This document shows positions 9,201 through 19,241 of a stretch of 64,000 bases of DNA, one piece after another. The stretch is from Spirochaetia bacterium (GTDB taxonomy: Bacteria; Spirochaetota; Spirochaetia; SZUA-6; Bin103). The stretch covers positions 736,001 through 800,000 of the forward strand of contig CBDATQ010000001.1 in NCBI GenBank assembly GCA_965199955.1, in the 5' to 3' direction. A model generated the notes under the pieces. The model ran no database searches, had not been told where the DNA came from, and was given only the letters and a program-made list of their open reading frames with translations. Positions within the stretch are counted from its first letter, which is position 1. The number at the start of each line of letters is the position of its first letter. A program made the translations under genes and the position numbers.

Positions 9201-10378
9201 ATGGCCAAGATCGTGATCATCGGCGCCGGCAGCCGGCTGTCCAATCGACATCCTGGCGCGCGAGAGCCTCGCCGGCTCCACCATCGCGCTGTGCGACATC
9301 CACGCGGGACGGCTCGCTCAGGTGCGCGATTACGTGCAGCGTGCGATCGAAACCTACGGACTGCCCGGCACCGTTGTGGCAAGTCCCGACCGCGAGGAGC
9401 TGCTGCCGGACGCCGACTGCGTGGTGACGGCGGTCTCCATCGGCGGCGCGGCGTACTGGGGCGAGCCGTACCGGTCGGAGATGGAGATCCCGCTCTCCTA
9501 CGGGGTCGTGCAGACGGTGGCCGACACGGTCGGCGTGGGCGAGGTGTTCCGCTTCCTGCGCACGGCGCCCGAGCACCTGCAGTTCGCGCGCGACATGGAG
9601 CGCCTCTGTCCCGACGCGCTCATGCTCAACTACACCAACCCCATGTGCATGCTCACTTGGCTGCACTCGGTCGGCTCCTCGATCCGGAACGTGGGTCTGT
9701 GCCACAGCTTGCAGGGCACCACCAGGAAGCTGGCTGCGCGCCGTGCTCGACACGCACGAGGCCTTCTCCGACGACCGGGTGCGCGCCGAGATGATGCGCC
9801 AGTTCGGCTACTTCGTGACCGAGAGCACGCCGCACAACTCGGAATACCTGCCCTACTTCAACCGCACCAAGGAGTTACTCGACCACTACGGCGTCGGCAG
9901 CCGCGCCCCCATCCCGATGGAGAACACGCGGGTGCGCGACTGGATGAAGGACTCAGGTGGGCGGCAGGACGGTGACGGCGACGTGCCGCCGCTGGCCGCC
10001 TCGCACGAGTACGCCTCGATGATCATCGAAGCGCGCCTCACGGGGAGGCCGTTCGCCTTCAACGGTAACGTCATGAACCACGGCTCGATCACCAACCTCC
10101 GGAGCGATGCTACGTCGAGGTGCCGTGCCTGGTCGACGGCGAGGGGGTTCATCCCACCTTCGTGGGATCGCTGCCGGCGCAGTGCGCGGCCCTGAACATG
10201 AGCAACATCGCCGTGCAGGAGCTGGCCGTGCAGGCGGTGCTGGAGCGCGACCGCGAGGCCGCCTTCCACGCCTGCGTCGTCGACCGCTGACCGCCGCCGT
10301 TGTCCCGCTGCCGAAGATCAGGCAGATGTTCGACGAGCTGCGGGCGGCCGAGCGTGACCGCCCGGCCTACTACGAGTA
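9201..10378 (+). pseudogene. GH4 alpha-galactosidase (MelA-like) pseudogene
   Basis: MAKIVIIGAGS; QTVADTVGVG; LNYTNPM; GLCHS; FGYFVTES.HNSEYLPYF; GNVMNHGSITNL; VEVPCLVD are spread over several frames, and the GINH segment is deleted near 9740. Confidence 0.88.
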
Positions 10379-10684
10379 GCGACGCGAAGTGGCACGCTGG
10401 CGCGCCGAGCTGACCACCGGCGTCATTGACGCGAGGTTCAGGGCTACCGGCATAGTGGTCATCCGTAGCCGGTTGCCCGCGGTCAGCGACGTGCTCCTGG
10501 AGAACCCGGCGCTGCTCGACGGTGATCGCTGGCGCCGTTGCCGCCCTACATCGACGTGTCATCCGAAGGACGGTCAGGGGGAGTCACGATCAGCAGCCGA
10601 GGGCATAAACGCTGGCGACCGACGGGCGCACCGAGTGGGCTGTCACCCCGACACCTACTTGACGACCGCTGGTCGTAGGCTACT

Positions 10685-11011
10685 ATGAATTTCATACCCG
10701 TGACGGAGAAAAGCCTAGGTGGTGGTCGTGATAGCTCGCGGGACGACCGGGAACCCCAGGATGCCGAGCAGAGAACGCAGGAGGCGGGCAGGAAGACCCT
10801 GCGAAACGTCCCGCGTTAATTGTCCAAAGAAGAGCTTACAGATCCGGGTTCTTTGAGGATGTTGCTCGGTCAAATTGATCGGTTGAAGGAGGAGAATGCC
10901 CGACTTAGAAGCATAACGGAACGCTTCCATGAATCCGACAAAGCTGCCGCGGTCCTGCGTGAACAACTCAAGAAGTCAAACGCACAAGATATTCTCCCCG
11001 GCTCGGCGCTA
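10685..11011 (+). pseudogene. Small coiled-coil hypothetical gene with in-frame stop, truncated by IS630
   Basis: Frame reads ...RKTLRNVPR*LSKEELTDPGSLRMLLGQIDRLKEEN...; TTGACG-16-TACTAT upstream; lower GC; ends at the IS630 TA. Confidence 0.4.
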
Positions 11012-12108
11012 GTGGACCGTAACGAGCATTCATGCACCGATGTGGCGTGACGGATCAACATAATGCCACTTCACGACCCGCGGATTCTTGTTGTATTCGC
11101 GGATGTATCGCATCAGCTTGCTCTTCAGATCCGCCACCGAACTGAACACTCCGCGGGTGATCACGTCGCGCGAGATCTTCGCAAACCACAGCTCCACCTG
11201 GTTCAGCCACGATGAGTAGGTCGGCGTGAAATGCAGCCGCACCATCGGATGGTCGCTGAGAAACTCCTGCACTCGCTTCGTCTTGTGCGCCGACAGGTTG
11301 TCAGCGATCACGTGAATCTCCTGACCGGCCGGCTGATGCGCCACGATCTCGCGCAGAAACGCCACGAACTGCTCCGAGGTGTGCCGCGTGGCGGTCTTGC
11401 CGAGCACCTGGCCGGTCTTCGTATTGAACGCCGCGTACAGCGCCAGCGTGCCGTGCCGGTAGTACTCGAACCCGTGCCGTTCGTCCCGACCCGGCGACAG
11501 CGGCAGCACCGGGACGTTGCGGTCGAGCGCTTGAATCGCCGTCTTCTCGTCCACGCAGAACACCGCCGCGTGCGCCGGCGGGTTCAGGTACAGCCCGATG
11601 ATGTCGGCCGCCTTCTGCTCGAAGTCCGGATCGTTGGAGCTCATGTAGCGCTCCAACCGGTGCGGCTGCAGCCGGTGCTTGCTCCATACCCGCGCCACCA
11701 TCATGTGCGACACGCCCAGCTTGGCTGCCAGGCGGCGCGTGCTCCAGTGCGTGGCGCCATCGGTCGGCGCCTTGCGCGTGGCGTTGAGGATCCTGGCCTC
11801 CACGCTCGGGGTGCAGCGAAACGGCTTCTGACCGCGGTGCCGGCTGTACAGTCCTGCCAATCGCTCGGCCCGAAAGCGGCCAGCCCACATCGCCACGAAG
11901 CCGCGGCTGCACTCGGCTCGTTCGCACACTACGTCCCACGTGAGTCGCTCAGCGAGCAGCAGAATGACGCGCGCACGGCGCGCATCCTCGGCTCGACCAG
12001 TGCGACTCCTGGCCCGCTTGGTGAGTTCGCGATGCTCGGCTTCGGTCAATACGATTCCCTCTCTCATGCCTCCAATTATAGTACGAAAGCAGATGGTACG
12101 GTCCACTA
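11010..12108 (-). mobile_element. IS630-family insertion sequence (complete copy)
   Basis: Terminal inverted repeats TAGTGGACCGTA at 11010 and TACGGTCCACTA at 12108, with TA at both ends in a CTAG context; single transposase. Confidence 0.92.
11030..12067 (-). CDS. IS630-family transposase (345 aa)
   Basis: RARVILLLA; THWSTRRLA; VDEKTAIQA; EYYRHGT; IADNLSAHK; PTYSSWLNQVELWF. TATAAT and GGAGG precede ATG 12067. Confidence 0.93.
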   Translation of the reverse strand: MREGIVLTEAEHRELTKRARSRTGRAEDARRARVILLLAERLTWDVVCERAECSRGFVAMWAGRFRAERLAGLYSRHRGQKPFRCTPSVEARILNATRKAPTDGATHWSTRRLAAKLGVSHMMVARVWSKHRLQPHRLERYMSSNDPDFEQKAADIIGLYLNPPAHAAVFCVDEKTAIQALDRNVPVLPLSPGRDERHGFEYYRHGTLALYAAFNTKTGQVLGKTATRHTSEQFVAFLREIVAHQPAGQEIHVIADNLSAHKTKRVQEFLSDHPMVRLHFTPTYSSWLNQVELWFAKISRDVITRGVFSSVADLKSKLMRYIREYNKNPRVVKWHYVDPSRHIGA

Positions 12109-12162
12109 GGCGGCCGCATGCCGAGGCAGGCGGCGCGTCTGCCAGAGACGCGGGTAACGGGG

Positions 12163-12431
12163 TGAAGCCAGAGTCACAGCCAGAGTCACTGGAGGCGAAA
12201 CTGCTCGCGCTGCTGGCCGGCGGCTCGATGGCAAAGGCTGAGCTGTCGAAGAACCTGGGACAGAAGGGGGTTTCCGGCCAGCTCGACAAGGTAGTGCGGC
12301 GACTCCTGGCGAACCGGATGATCGAGTACACTCTGCCGGACAAGCCGCGCAGCCGTTTGCAGCAGTACCGGCTGACGGACCGGGGGCGAGCTGTGGCGGC
12401 AACTCTGGCGCGGGCGAACGCAGAGCCGTGA
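12163..12431 (+). pseudogene. Orphan C-terminal winged-helix (Fic-like C-terminal type) fragment
   Basis: ESQPESLEAKLLALL...AELSKNLGQKGVSGQL...IEYTLPDKPRSRLQQYRLT is typical of C-termini of Fic and RecG-like/AlbA proteins; the N-terminal part is missing at the IS630 edge. Confidence 0.65.
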
Positions 12432-12525
12432 ACACGGTCGGCGAACGGGCGATCGCGACATGCGCGCCGGCTGTCTGAAGCGACGGAGACACAACGACTG
12501 AACCCAAGCGGCGAGGAGCGTGTGC

Positions 12526-14595
12526 ATGCCTGAGACCCTTGACCTGTACGTATCGCCCGCGGGTGACGACGCCTGGAGCGGCTGTCATCCCGATCCGACC
12601 GGGGACGGCAGCGACGGGCCGTTCGCGACCCTGGAGGCGGCCCGCGATGCGCTGCGCGAGCGGCGTCGTTCCGGGGCGGCCGGTGGCGCGACGGTGTGGC
12701 TGCGCGGCTGGAGCTACCAGCGGGAGGCCTCCTTCGAGCTCGGCCCCTCCGACGGCGGCAGCGAGGACGCGCCGGTCGTCTACCGCGCCTTCCCGGGCGA
12801 GGAGGTGCGGCTGATCGGCGGGCGCACGGTGTCGGGGTTCCGTCCGATCGCCGGATCCGGCGCAACCGCGGAGGCGTGGCAGCGCCTGTCGACGGCCGCC
12901 CGAAGCCACGTGCTGGTGGCGGACCTCCGTGCGCAGGGCATCAGCGATTACGGCACCCTCGAGCCGGCGGGCTTCGGCCGCGGACGGCGGCCGACCGCCC
13001 TGGAGGTGTTCCACCGGGACCGGCGCATGACCCTGGCACGCTGGCCCGACCACTCGTTCGTGAACGTCGCCCGCGTCGACGTGCCGGGGCGTAGCGGCAC
13101 CGACGACGTGCCCTGGGACGCCAGCAGCGACGAGCCCAACCGCAGCTTCGAGTACTTCGGCGACCGGCCGCGCGACTGGCGCGAGCCGGCCGAGGCGCTG
13201 GTGCACGGCTACTGGACCTACGACTGGGCCGACTCCTACCAGCGCATCGAGTCCATCGACCTCGATGCCCGGCTCATCACCACCGACCAGCCCGGCGCCT
13301 ACGGCTACACCACCGGGCAGCGCTACTACTACCTGAACGTGCTGGAGGAGCTGGACTCGCCGGGCGAGTGGTACCTGGACCGGCAGGCCGGCCTCCTGTA
13401 CTTCTGGCCGCCGGGCGATCCGTCACCGCCGGAGGTGGCGGTCACGGTGTCGATCCTCACGGAGCCGGTGGTCGCCATCCGCGGCGCCTCGCACGTGCGG
13501 GTCCGCGGTATCACCGTCGAGTGCTGCCGGGGCGACGGCATCGCCATCAGCGGCGGCCGGGACGCCACGGTCTGCTGCTGCGAGGTCCGCAATACCGGCG
13601 AGTACGGCATCAGGGTGGAAGGGGGCTCCGGCCACCGCATCGAACGGTGCGGGATCCATCACACCGGCGCCGGCGGCGTGTCGCTCGCCGGCGGCGACCG
13701 CCGCACGCTGACCCCCGGCGGCCACGTGGTCGAGAACTGCGACATCCACCACTTCAGCCGGCTGCAGCTCACCTACACGCCCGCCGTCGACCTGCACGGC
13801 GTCGGCCACCGGGTCGCCCACTGCCACCTGCACGACGCGCCGCACACCGCGGTGCTGCTGACCGGCAACGACCACGTCGTGGAGCTCAACGAGATCGACC
13901 GCGTCTGCACCCAGACCGGCGACGCCGGCGCCTTCTACATGGGGCGCGACTGGACCGAGCGCGGCAACGTGGTCAGGCACAATTTCTTCCACGACCTTGG
14001 CATCTTCGGCTACGGCCGGCACGGGGTGCGCGCGGTCTACCTGGACGACTGCGCCAGCGGCACCACGATCTACGGCAACGTGTTCCTGCGCTGCACCCGC
14101 GCCGTGCTGATCGGCGGGGGCCGCGACAACCGCGTGCAGAACAACCTGTTCGTGCACTGCGAGCCGGCCGTCCAGCTCGACGGCCGCGGCCAGTGCCTGA
14201 CCGAGCAGTGGCGGGACATGGTCTACAACACCATGCGTCCCCGCCTCCAGGAGATGAACCACCACGAACCGCCCTACGCCGAGCGGTACCCCCAGCTTGC
14301 CGAGCTGGACGCCGTGTACGAGGCCGGTGACGGCTTCGCGCCCACCGGCAACGTCATCGTCAACAACCTCTGCTACGGCGGCCGATGGCTGCTCACCCTG
14401 CGCGACGTCGAACCCCACCTGCTGCCGGACGACGGAAACCTGATCGGCGTGGACCCCGGCTTCGCCGACGAGCCCAACGACGACCTGCGGCTTGCGACCG
14501 GATCACTCGCCTACGAGGCCGGCATGCAGGCGATCCCGTTCGACCGCATCGGGCTTGCGGCGGCCATCGGCCCGAGCGTGCACAATAGGAGTTGA
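12526..14595 (+). CDS. Right-handed parallel beta-helix protein (GH141-like)
   Basis: YVSPAGDDAWSG...DGPFATLEAARDA; LARWP; GYWTYDWAD; NVLEELDSPGEWYLD; DAGAFY; VYLDD. GAGGAG RBS precedes ATG 12526. Confidence 0.85.
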   Translation: MPETLDLYVSPAGDDAWSGCHPDPTGDGSDGPFATLEAARDALRERRRSGAAGGATVWLRGWSYQREASFELGPSDGGSEDAPVVYRAFPGEEVRLIGGRTVSGFRPIAGSGATAEAWQRLSTAARSHVLVADLRAQGISDYGTLEPAGFGRGRRPTALEVFHRDRRMTLARWPDHSFVNVARVDVPGRSGTDDVPWDASSDEPNRSFEYFGDRPRDWREPAEALVHGYWTYDWADSYQRIESIDLDARLITTDQPGAYGYTTGQRYYYLNVLEELDSPGEWYLDRQAGLLYFWPPGDPSPPEVAVTVSILTEPVVAIRGASHVRVRGITVECCRGDGIAISGGRDATVCCCEVRNTGEYGIRVEGGSGHRIERCGIHHTGAGGVSLAGGDRRTLTPGGHVVENCDIHHFSRLQLTYTPAVDLHGVGHRVAHCHLHDAPHTAVLLTGNDHVVELNEIDRVCTQTGDAGAFYMGRDWTERGNVVRHNFFHDLGIFGYGRHGVRAVYLDDCASGTTIYGNVFLRCTRAVLIGGGRDNRVQNNLFVHCEPAVQLDGRGQCLTEQWRDMVYNTMRPRLQEMNHHEPPYAERYPQLAELDAVYEAGDGFAPTGNVIVNNLCYGGRWLLTLRDVEPHLLPDDGNLIGVDPGFADEPNDDLRLATGSLAYEAGMQAIPFDRIGLAAAIGPSVHNRS

Positions 14596-15785
14596 TGGCC
14601 GCCTACACCGACGCTGAACTCGAGGTGCTCACGTCGGACATGGAGTCCGACCTGGTGGAGCGGAAGGAAAGCGCCTCCGACGGCAGAAAGATCCGCCGGA
14701 ACATCTGCGCATTCGCGAATGATCTGCCGAGGAACGGAAAGCCGGGTGTCGTGTTGGTCGGCGTGCGGGATGACGGTTCTTGCGCGTCGCTGTCGATAGA
14801 TGACGAGTTGCTCACACGGTTGGCGAACATCCATGGAGAGGGCGACATTCTGCCCTTGCCGTCGATGACCGTTCAGAAGCGGGTGTTGCGCGGCTGCACC
14901 GTGGCGGCAGTCACTGTCGAGCCCTCTGCGGATACTCCGGTTCGGTTCAGAGGTCGCGTGTGGGTTCGCGTCGGCCCATCCGTGCGCGAAGGGTCCGTGG
15001 AGGACGAGCGTCTGCTTGCCGAGCGTCGTCGCGCGGCGGACCTGCCATTCGACATGAGGCCCGCGAGCGGCGCACGCGTCGACGACCTCGACATGGATTT
15101 CGCGCGTACCCAATATCTGCCGAATGCCATCGCTCCCGAAGTCCTGGAGCGGAATGAGAGATCGCCGGAGCACCAACTGCGTTCGCTACGGCTGGTCCAG
15201 GCGGCCAGCCCCACATGGGGAGCGCTCCTCGCGTTGGGCAAGGATCCCCAGGCGCTCGTTCCCGGAGCATATGTCCAGTTCCTGCGCATTGACGGCACTG
15301 AGATCACGGATCCGATCAGGGACCAGAAGCACCTGACTGGCCGATTGGATGACGTGGTTCGCCGGCTCGATGAGCTCTTCGAACTGAACGTATCGGTTCG
15401 AACCCGGGTCGCCGGGGAGGCGCGCGAGGTGCGCCGGCCTGACTATCCCGTTGATGCACTGCGCCAGTTCGCCCACAACGCGGTCATGCATCGCAGCTAT
15501 GAAGGGACCAATACACCGGTGCGCGTTCACTGGTTCGCCGACCGAGTGGAAGTCGTCAGTCCCGGCGGCCTGCACGGCAGGATCACGCCGGAGAATTTCG
15601 GCACCGGCGACACCGACTATCGCAATCCGTTGTTGGCCGAGGTCATGTGCAATCTCGGGTTTGCTCAGCGGTTCGGACTGGGTGTCCCGCTCGCACGGGA
15701 CGCGCTTGCCGCGAACGGCAACCCCGAGCCGGAATTCCGATTCGAGAATGCGCTGGTTGCCGTCATCGTGAGGGCAGCGCCATGA
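14595..15785 (+). CDS. Schlafen/AlbA_2 domain + RecG-C-like (HATPase_c_4) protein
   Basis: ESDLVERKES; ICAFAN; GVVLVGVRDDG; RVGPS; C-terminal YP..ALRQFAHNAVMHRSY...SPGGL...YRNPLLAE...QRFGLGV. Confidence 0.85.
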   Translation: MAAYTDAELEVLTSDMESDLVERKESASDGRKIRRNICAFANDLPRNGKPGVVLVGVRDDGSCASLSIDDELLTRLANIHGEGDILPLPSMTVQKRVLRGCTVAAVTVEPSADTPVRFRGRVWVRVGPSVREGSVEDERLLAERRRAADLPFDMRPASGARVDDLDMDFARTQYLPNAIAPEVLERNERSPEHQLRSLRLVQAASPTWGALLALGKDPQALVPGAYVQFLRIDGTEITDPIRDQKHLTGRLDDVVRRLDELFELNVSVRTRVAGEAREVRRPDYPVDALRQFAHNAVMHRSYEGTNTPVRVHWFADRVEVVSPGGLHGRITPENFGTGDTDYRNPLLAEVMCNLGFAQRFGLGVPLARDALAANGNPEPEFRFENALVAVIVRAAP

Positions 15786-16777
15786 GGAGCATCGCCGTAT
15801 TCAACAACAAGGGAGGAGTTGGCAAGACATCGCTCGTCTATCACCTCGCATGGATGTACGCCAACCTGGACTACAACGTCGTGGTGGCCGATCTCGACCC
15901 GCAGGCCAACCTCACCAGCATGTTTCTGGAAGACGAGGAGTTGGAGCATCTCTGGGATGATGATGGCACGGGTGGAACGATCTATTCGTCACTGCGACCT
16001 CTCCTCGAGGGAACGGGAGACGTAACGAGGCCGCTTGTCGCAAAGCCGTCATCGGATATCGCACTGGTTCCAGGCGACATGCTGTTGTCGGGCGCCGAGG
16101 ACGAGCTGGGAAGCAACTGGCCGGGCTGCCTCGACGAGAAGCCGCGTGCGTTCCGTGTGCTGTCAGCTATCTGGCGTGTAATGCGAATGGTGGCAGAGGA
16201 ACATCATGCAGACTTGGTTCTGCTGGATGTCGGGCCAAACATAGGTGCTCTCAACCGAGCCGCATTGGTCTCCGCGGACTATGTGGTAGTGCCATTGGCG
16301 CCGGATCTGTATTCTCTTCAAGGACTTCGTAATCTCGGTCCGACGCTCGATCGGTGGCGACAGGGGTGGTTGGAGCGACGGGAACGGAACCCTCCGAGCG
16401 ATCTCGATCTGCCCGGGGGCGGCATGCAACCGATCGGCTACGTGGTGCTTCAGCACGCGGTTCGCTTGAATCGTCCTGTCAAGGCATATGAACGGTGGAT
16501 GGACCGCATTCCGGGGGCGTACCGCGACTCGGTCGTTGGACGTACCGAGCAGCCGTCACCTGCCATGGACGAGGACCCGCATTGCCTCGCGACCCTGAAA
16601 CACTTCCGTAGCCTCATGCCTCTTGCACAGGAGGCCCGCAAGCCGATGTTTGCCCTGAAGCCCGCTGACGGCGCCATCGGCGGCCACGTGAGTGCCGTGA
16701 GAGGCTGCTACCATGACTTTCAGGCGCTCGCACGCGAGGTGGCGCGTCGATGTGCGATCACGGCGTCGGAGGCGTGA
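15782..16777 (+). CDS. ParA/Soj-family ATPase (orphan type)
   Basis: MRSIAVFNNKGGVGKT deviant Walker A; DLDPQANLT; LLDVGPNIGALNRAAL. ATGA overlap with the upstream stop. Confidence 0.88.
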   Translation: MRSIAVFNNKGGVGKTSLVYHLAWMYANLDYNVVVADLDPQANLTSMFLEDEELEHLWDDDGTGGTIYSSLRPLLEGTGDVTRPLVAKPSSDIALVPGDMLLSGAEDELGSNWPGCLDEKPRAFRVLSAIWRVMRMVAEEHHADLVLLDVGPNIGALNRAALVSADYVVVPLAPDLYSLQGLRNLGPTLDRWRQGWLERRERNPPSDLDLPGGGMQPIGYVVLQHAVRLNRPVKAYERWMDRIPGAYRDSVVGRTEQPSPAMDEDPHCLATLKHFRSLMPLAQEARKPMFALKPADGAIGGHVSAVRGCYHDFQALAREVARRCAITASEA

Positions 16778-16883
16778 ATGAGCTGACCGTTCAGGTCGCA
16801 GATGGTGGCCAAGCGGTTGTACGTTCTCCGCAGAAGCCTAGGGAGGGCGGTCCAAGGGAACGTCACGCGGTGATAATATCGAG

Positions 16884-17216
16884 CTATATTGAGTCGAAAA
16901 CGCCTGCAAACAGGCCGTCCTGATTGCATGCCACGGGTACTGTCCGACTGATCGCGCCCTTGTTGATCGGGCCGTAGACGTGCGGAAATTTCTCCCTGCC
17001 GCCCTGCTCGTAGCGGGTCTCCGGGTGCAGCCTGGTCGGCATGATCTCCAACAGGAGCAGATCGCTCTGGCCGCGAAGGTTGTAGTCGGCGACTCGCTCG
17101 AGCTGCTGAAGCTCCGAGCGGTGGATGAACCCATCCTTCCGGTATCGGCCGCGCACGTACGCGGGCAGGTCGGCCTGCGCGTCCCACTCGCTCTGTACGG
17201 CGATGTGGTAGATCAT
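16884..17216 (-). CDS. DUF952 family protein
   Basis: MIYHI...W...GFIHRS...LLLLEI...RYE...FPHVYGPIN; start reassigned to ATG 17216. Confidence 0.8.
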   Translation of the reverse strand: MIYHIAVQSEWDAQADLPAYVRGRYRKDGFIHRSELQQLERVADYNLRGQSDLLLLEIMPTRLHPETRYEQGGREKFPHVYGPINKGAISRTVPVACNQDGLFAGVFDSI

Positions 17217-17224
17217 CTCAAGCC

Positions 17225-17914
17225 CTAAACGTTGAACTTCACGTCGATTACGTCGCCGGCGGCGATACGGTAGCCGCGGTCCACCACGCGCAGCAGGCCC
17301 ATGGTCTTCGCCTCCTGGGGGGTGCGAAAGCGGTCGAGCTCGCCGACGTTGAACACCTCGGCCCGGATGAAGCCGCGTTCCAGGTCGCTGTGGATCTGCC
17401 CGGCCGCTTTGTCGATCGCCGCGCCGCCGCTCACGTCCCACACGCGTGCCTCGGTCCTGCCGGCCGTATAGAAGAACAGACGGCCGAGCGCCCGGTGCAG
17501 GGCACGGACGTGGCGGTGCAGCTCCTCTTCCGGTGGCGGACCGTCGATCACCACGCCGGGCCTGAGGGTCGAGAGGTTGAGCCCGCGCAGGTACTGGATC
17601 TCGTCGGCGGCGAACGGCTCCCCGTTCAGCGGCCGCTCCTCTTCCAGGACGGCCAGGGCCCGGCTCAGCAGGCCGTCACGAGCCGGATCGGCGTGCAGGT
17701 TGCGCTCGAGGATCTCGGTGTCTTCGAGCATCCAGTCCAGCAGCTCGTCGGCGGTGATCATGAAGCAGTCGGCGCGATGGCGCCGTTCCTGCTCGAAGCT
17801 GGCGGAGAAATAGACGCGCATGGCCGACCGGTAGCGCTCGGCCAGCGCGTCAACGAGAGCGTCGCGGAGCTGGAACCGTCCTCGCAGATCGGCTCCCTGT
17901 ACATGGATCTTCAT
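17225..17914 (-). CDS. YchF-like protein with DUF933/TGS C-terminus but no P-loop G domain
   Basis: FFYTAG..EARVW...AAGQIHSDLERGFIRAEV...GDVIDVKFNV is the YchF C-terminus; 229 aa from ATG 17914; no GxxNxGKS. Confidence 0.75.
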   Translation of the reverse strand: MKIHVQGADLRGRFQLRDALVDALAERYRSAMRVYFSASFEQERRHRADCFMITADELLDWMLEDTEILERNLHADPARDGLLSRALAVLEEERPLNGEPFAADEIQYLRGLNLSTLRPGVVIDGPPPEEELHRHVRALHRALGRLFFYTAGRTEARVWDVSGGAAIDKAAGQIHSDLERGFIRAEVFNVGELDRFRTPQEAKTMGLLRVVDRGYRIAAGDVIDVKFNV

Positions 17915-18050
17915 CGTCTTCGGATTCTCTGTCCCTGGTTTGCGGCGGAGACCCGGTGGTGAACCGCCGTGCGGGGGTGCCACCAGGATGTTGTCGGTCT
18001 CGCCGGAGCGGAGTATACCCGCGGCGACCGAATCCGGCATCTTCATCCGC

Positions 18051-19151
18051 ATGAGCCGTTCCCTCGCCCACGAAGTGACGTTGCCCGACGGAAGCACGCT
18101 GGCCATCGAGATCGCCGAGCCGCCGTTCGATCGCTCCCGCGACCGCTCCGGCGGCTGGGACCGGCTCCGCTCGTGGCCGCTGATCCGCGAGGACATGATG
18201 GAGGGCCGGCTCAACCGGTGGATGCACGCGCCGTACTTCATCGGCCGCGTCGACGGCGAGGTCGCGGGCACCATGTGTTACTACGCGCTGGCGGACACCC
18301 GCGACGTCGGCGCGCTGGAGTTCGTCGCGACCGAGGAGCGCTTCCGGCGCCGCGGCGTCGGCTCGGCGCTGGTGGGAGCCCTCGTCGACCACTTCACCGC
18401 GCAAGGAGGACGGGCGCTCTACCTGTGCACGGCCAACCCCGTGGCCGGCCACCTGTACGAGAGCCACGGGTTCCGCTACCACGTCGGTGACGGCATGCGC
18501 TTCCTGGCTCCCGGCGCCGCCGACTTCGACGGCCGCTGGTTCGCCGCCGGCGACACGACCATCCGCGACGCGCACTGGGGCGACCTGGCGCGGCTGTGCG
18601 TCCTGTACAACCACCCCGATCCGGCCTGGCTGCTCAAGGATCCGCTGTCGGAGTCGTTCCGTGACACGCGCTACGAGAGTCACTTCATCCGGGTGATGCG
18701 CGCGATCGAGGGCGGGAACGGTGCGTTCCTGGTCCTGGAGGCAAGCGACTCCCGCGTTGTGGGAGCGGTCGCGTTCCGGAGGACCGACACCTTCCGCGAG
18801 CAGCACGTGGCTGAGCTGAGCTTTCGCCTCGGCCGCGCGCACTTCGACCGTGCGGCCGACCTGCTTGATGCTGCCGCCGAGCGCGCCGCTGCGCTCGGCA
18901 TCGGCCAGTTGGCCCTGAGGGTCGCCGCCGAGGACGACGAGCAGCGCGGCTTGGCCGAATCGGCCGGCTTCGTCGAGGGCGTCCGGTGGCCACGGCGGCT
19001 GCGTTTGGGCGGCGCGTTCAGCGACCTGCTGATCATGATTCGCGAGGTGGCGACGCCGGCGGCCCCGAGCAAGCCGCGGGATTCGTTCTACGGCGAGCGG
19101 AAGCCCTGGCAGGCGGAGCGCGTCGCGTCTCTGAGGTCCGGACCGGGCTGA
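18051..19151 (+). CDS. Tandem GNAT N-acetyltransferase
   Basis: VATEERFRRRGVGSALV; LYLCTANPVAGHLYESHGF; second degenerate GNAT half ending AESAGF. Confidence 0.75.
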   Translation: MSRSLAHEVTLPDGSTLAIEIAEPPFDRSRDRSGGWDRLRSWPLIREDMMEGRLNRWMHAPYFIGRVDGEVAGTMCYYALADTRDVGALEFVATEERFRRRGVGSALVGALVDHFTAQGGRALYLCTANPVAGHLYESHGFRYHVGDGMRFLAPGAADFDGRWFAAGDTTIRDAHWGDLARLCVLYNHPDPAWLLKDPLSESFRDTRYESHFIRVMRAIEGGNGAFLVLEASDSRVVGAVAFRRTDTFREQHVAELSFRLGRAHFDRAADLLDAAAERAAALGIGQLALRVAAEDDEQRGLAESAGFVEGVRWPRRLRLGGAFSDLLIMIREVATPAAPSKPRDSFYGERKPWQAERVASLRSGPG

Positions 19152-19241
19152 ACCGCCCAGCGGATCCGGCCGCGCCATGCGCGAGACTTCGCGGAGTTGG
19201 ACAAGCAAGCTGCATCGAGGCACTCTGAAAGCCGAGTGGAC

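Noticed and set aside
12068..12865. N-terminal extension of the IS630 transposase (611-aa ORF)
   Set aside because: It crosses the IS end; the -10 and RBS point to ATG 12067.
15782..16777. Chromosome or plasmid partition locus
   Set aside because: No ParB, parS repeats or replication gene in the window.
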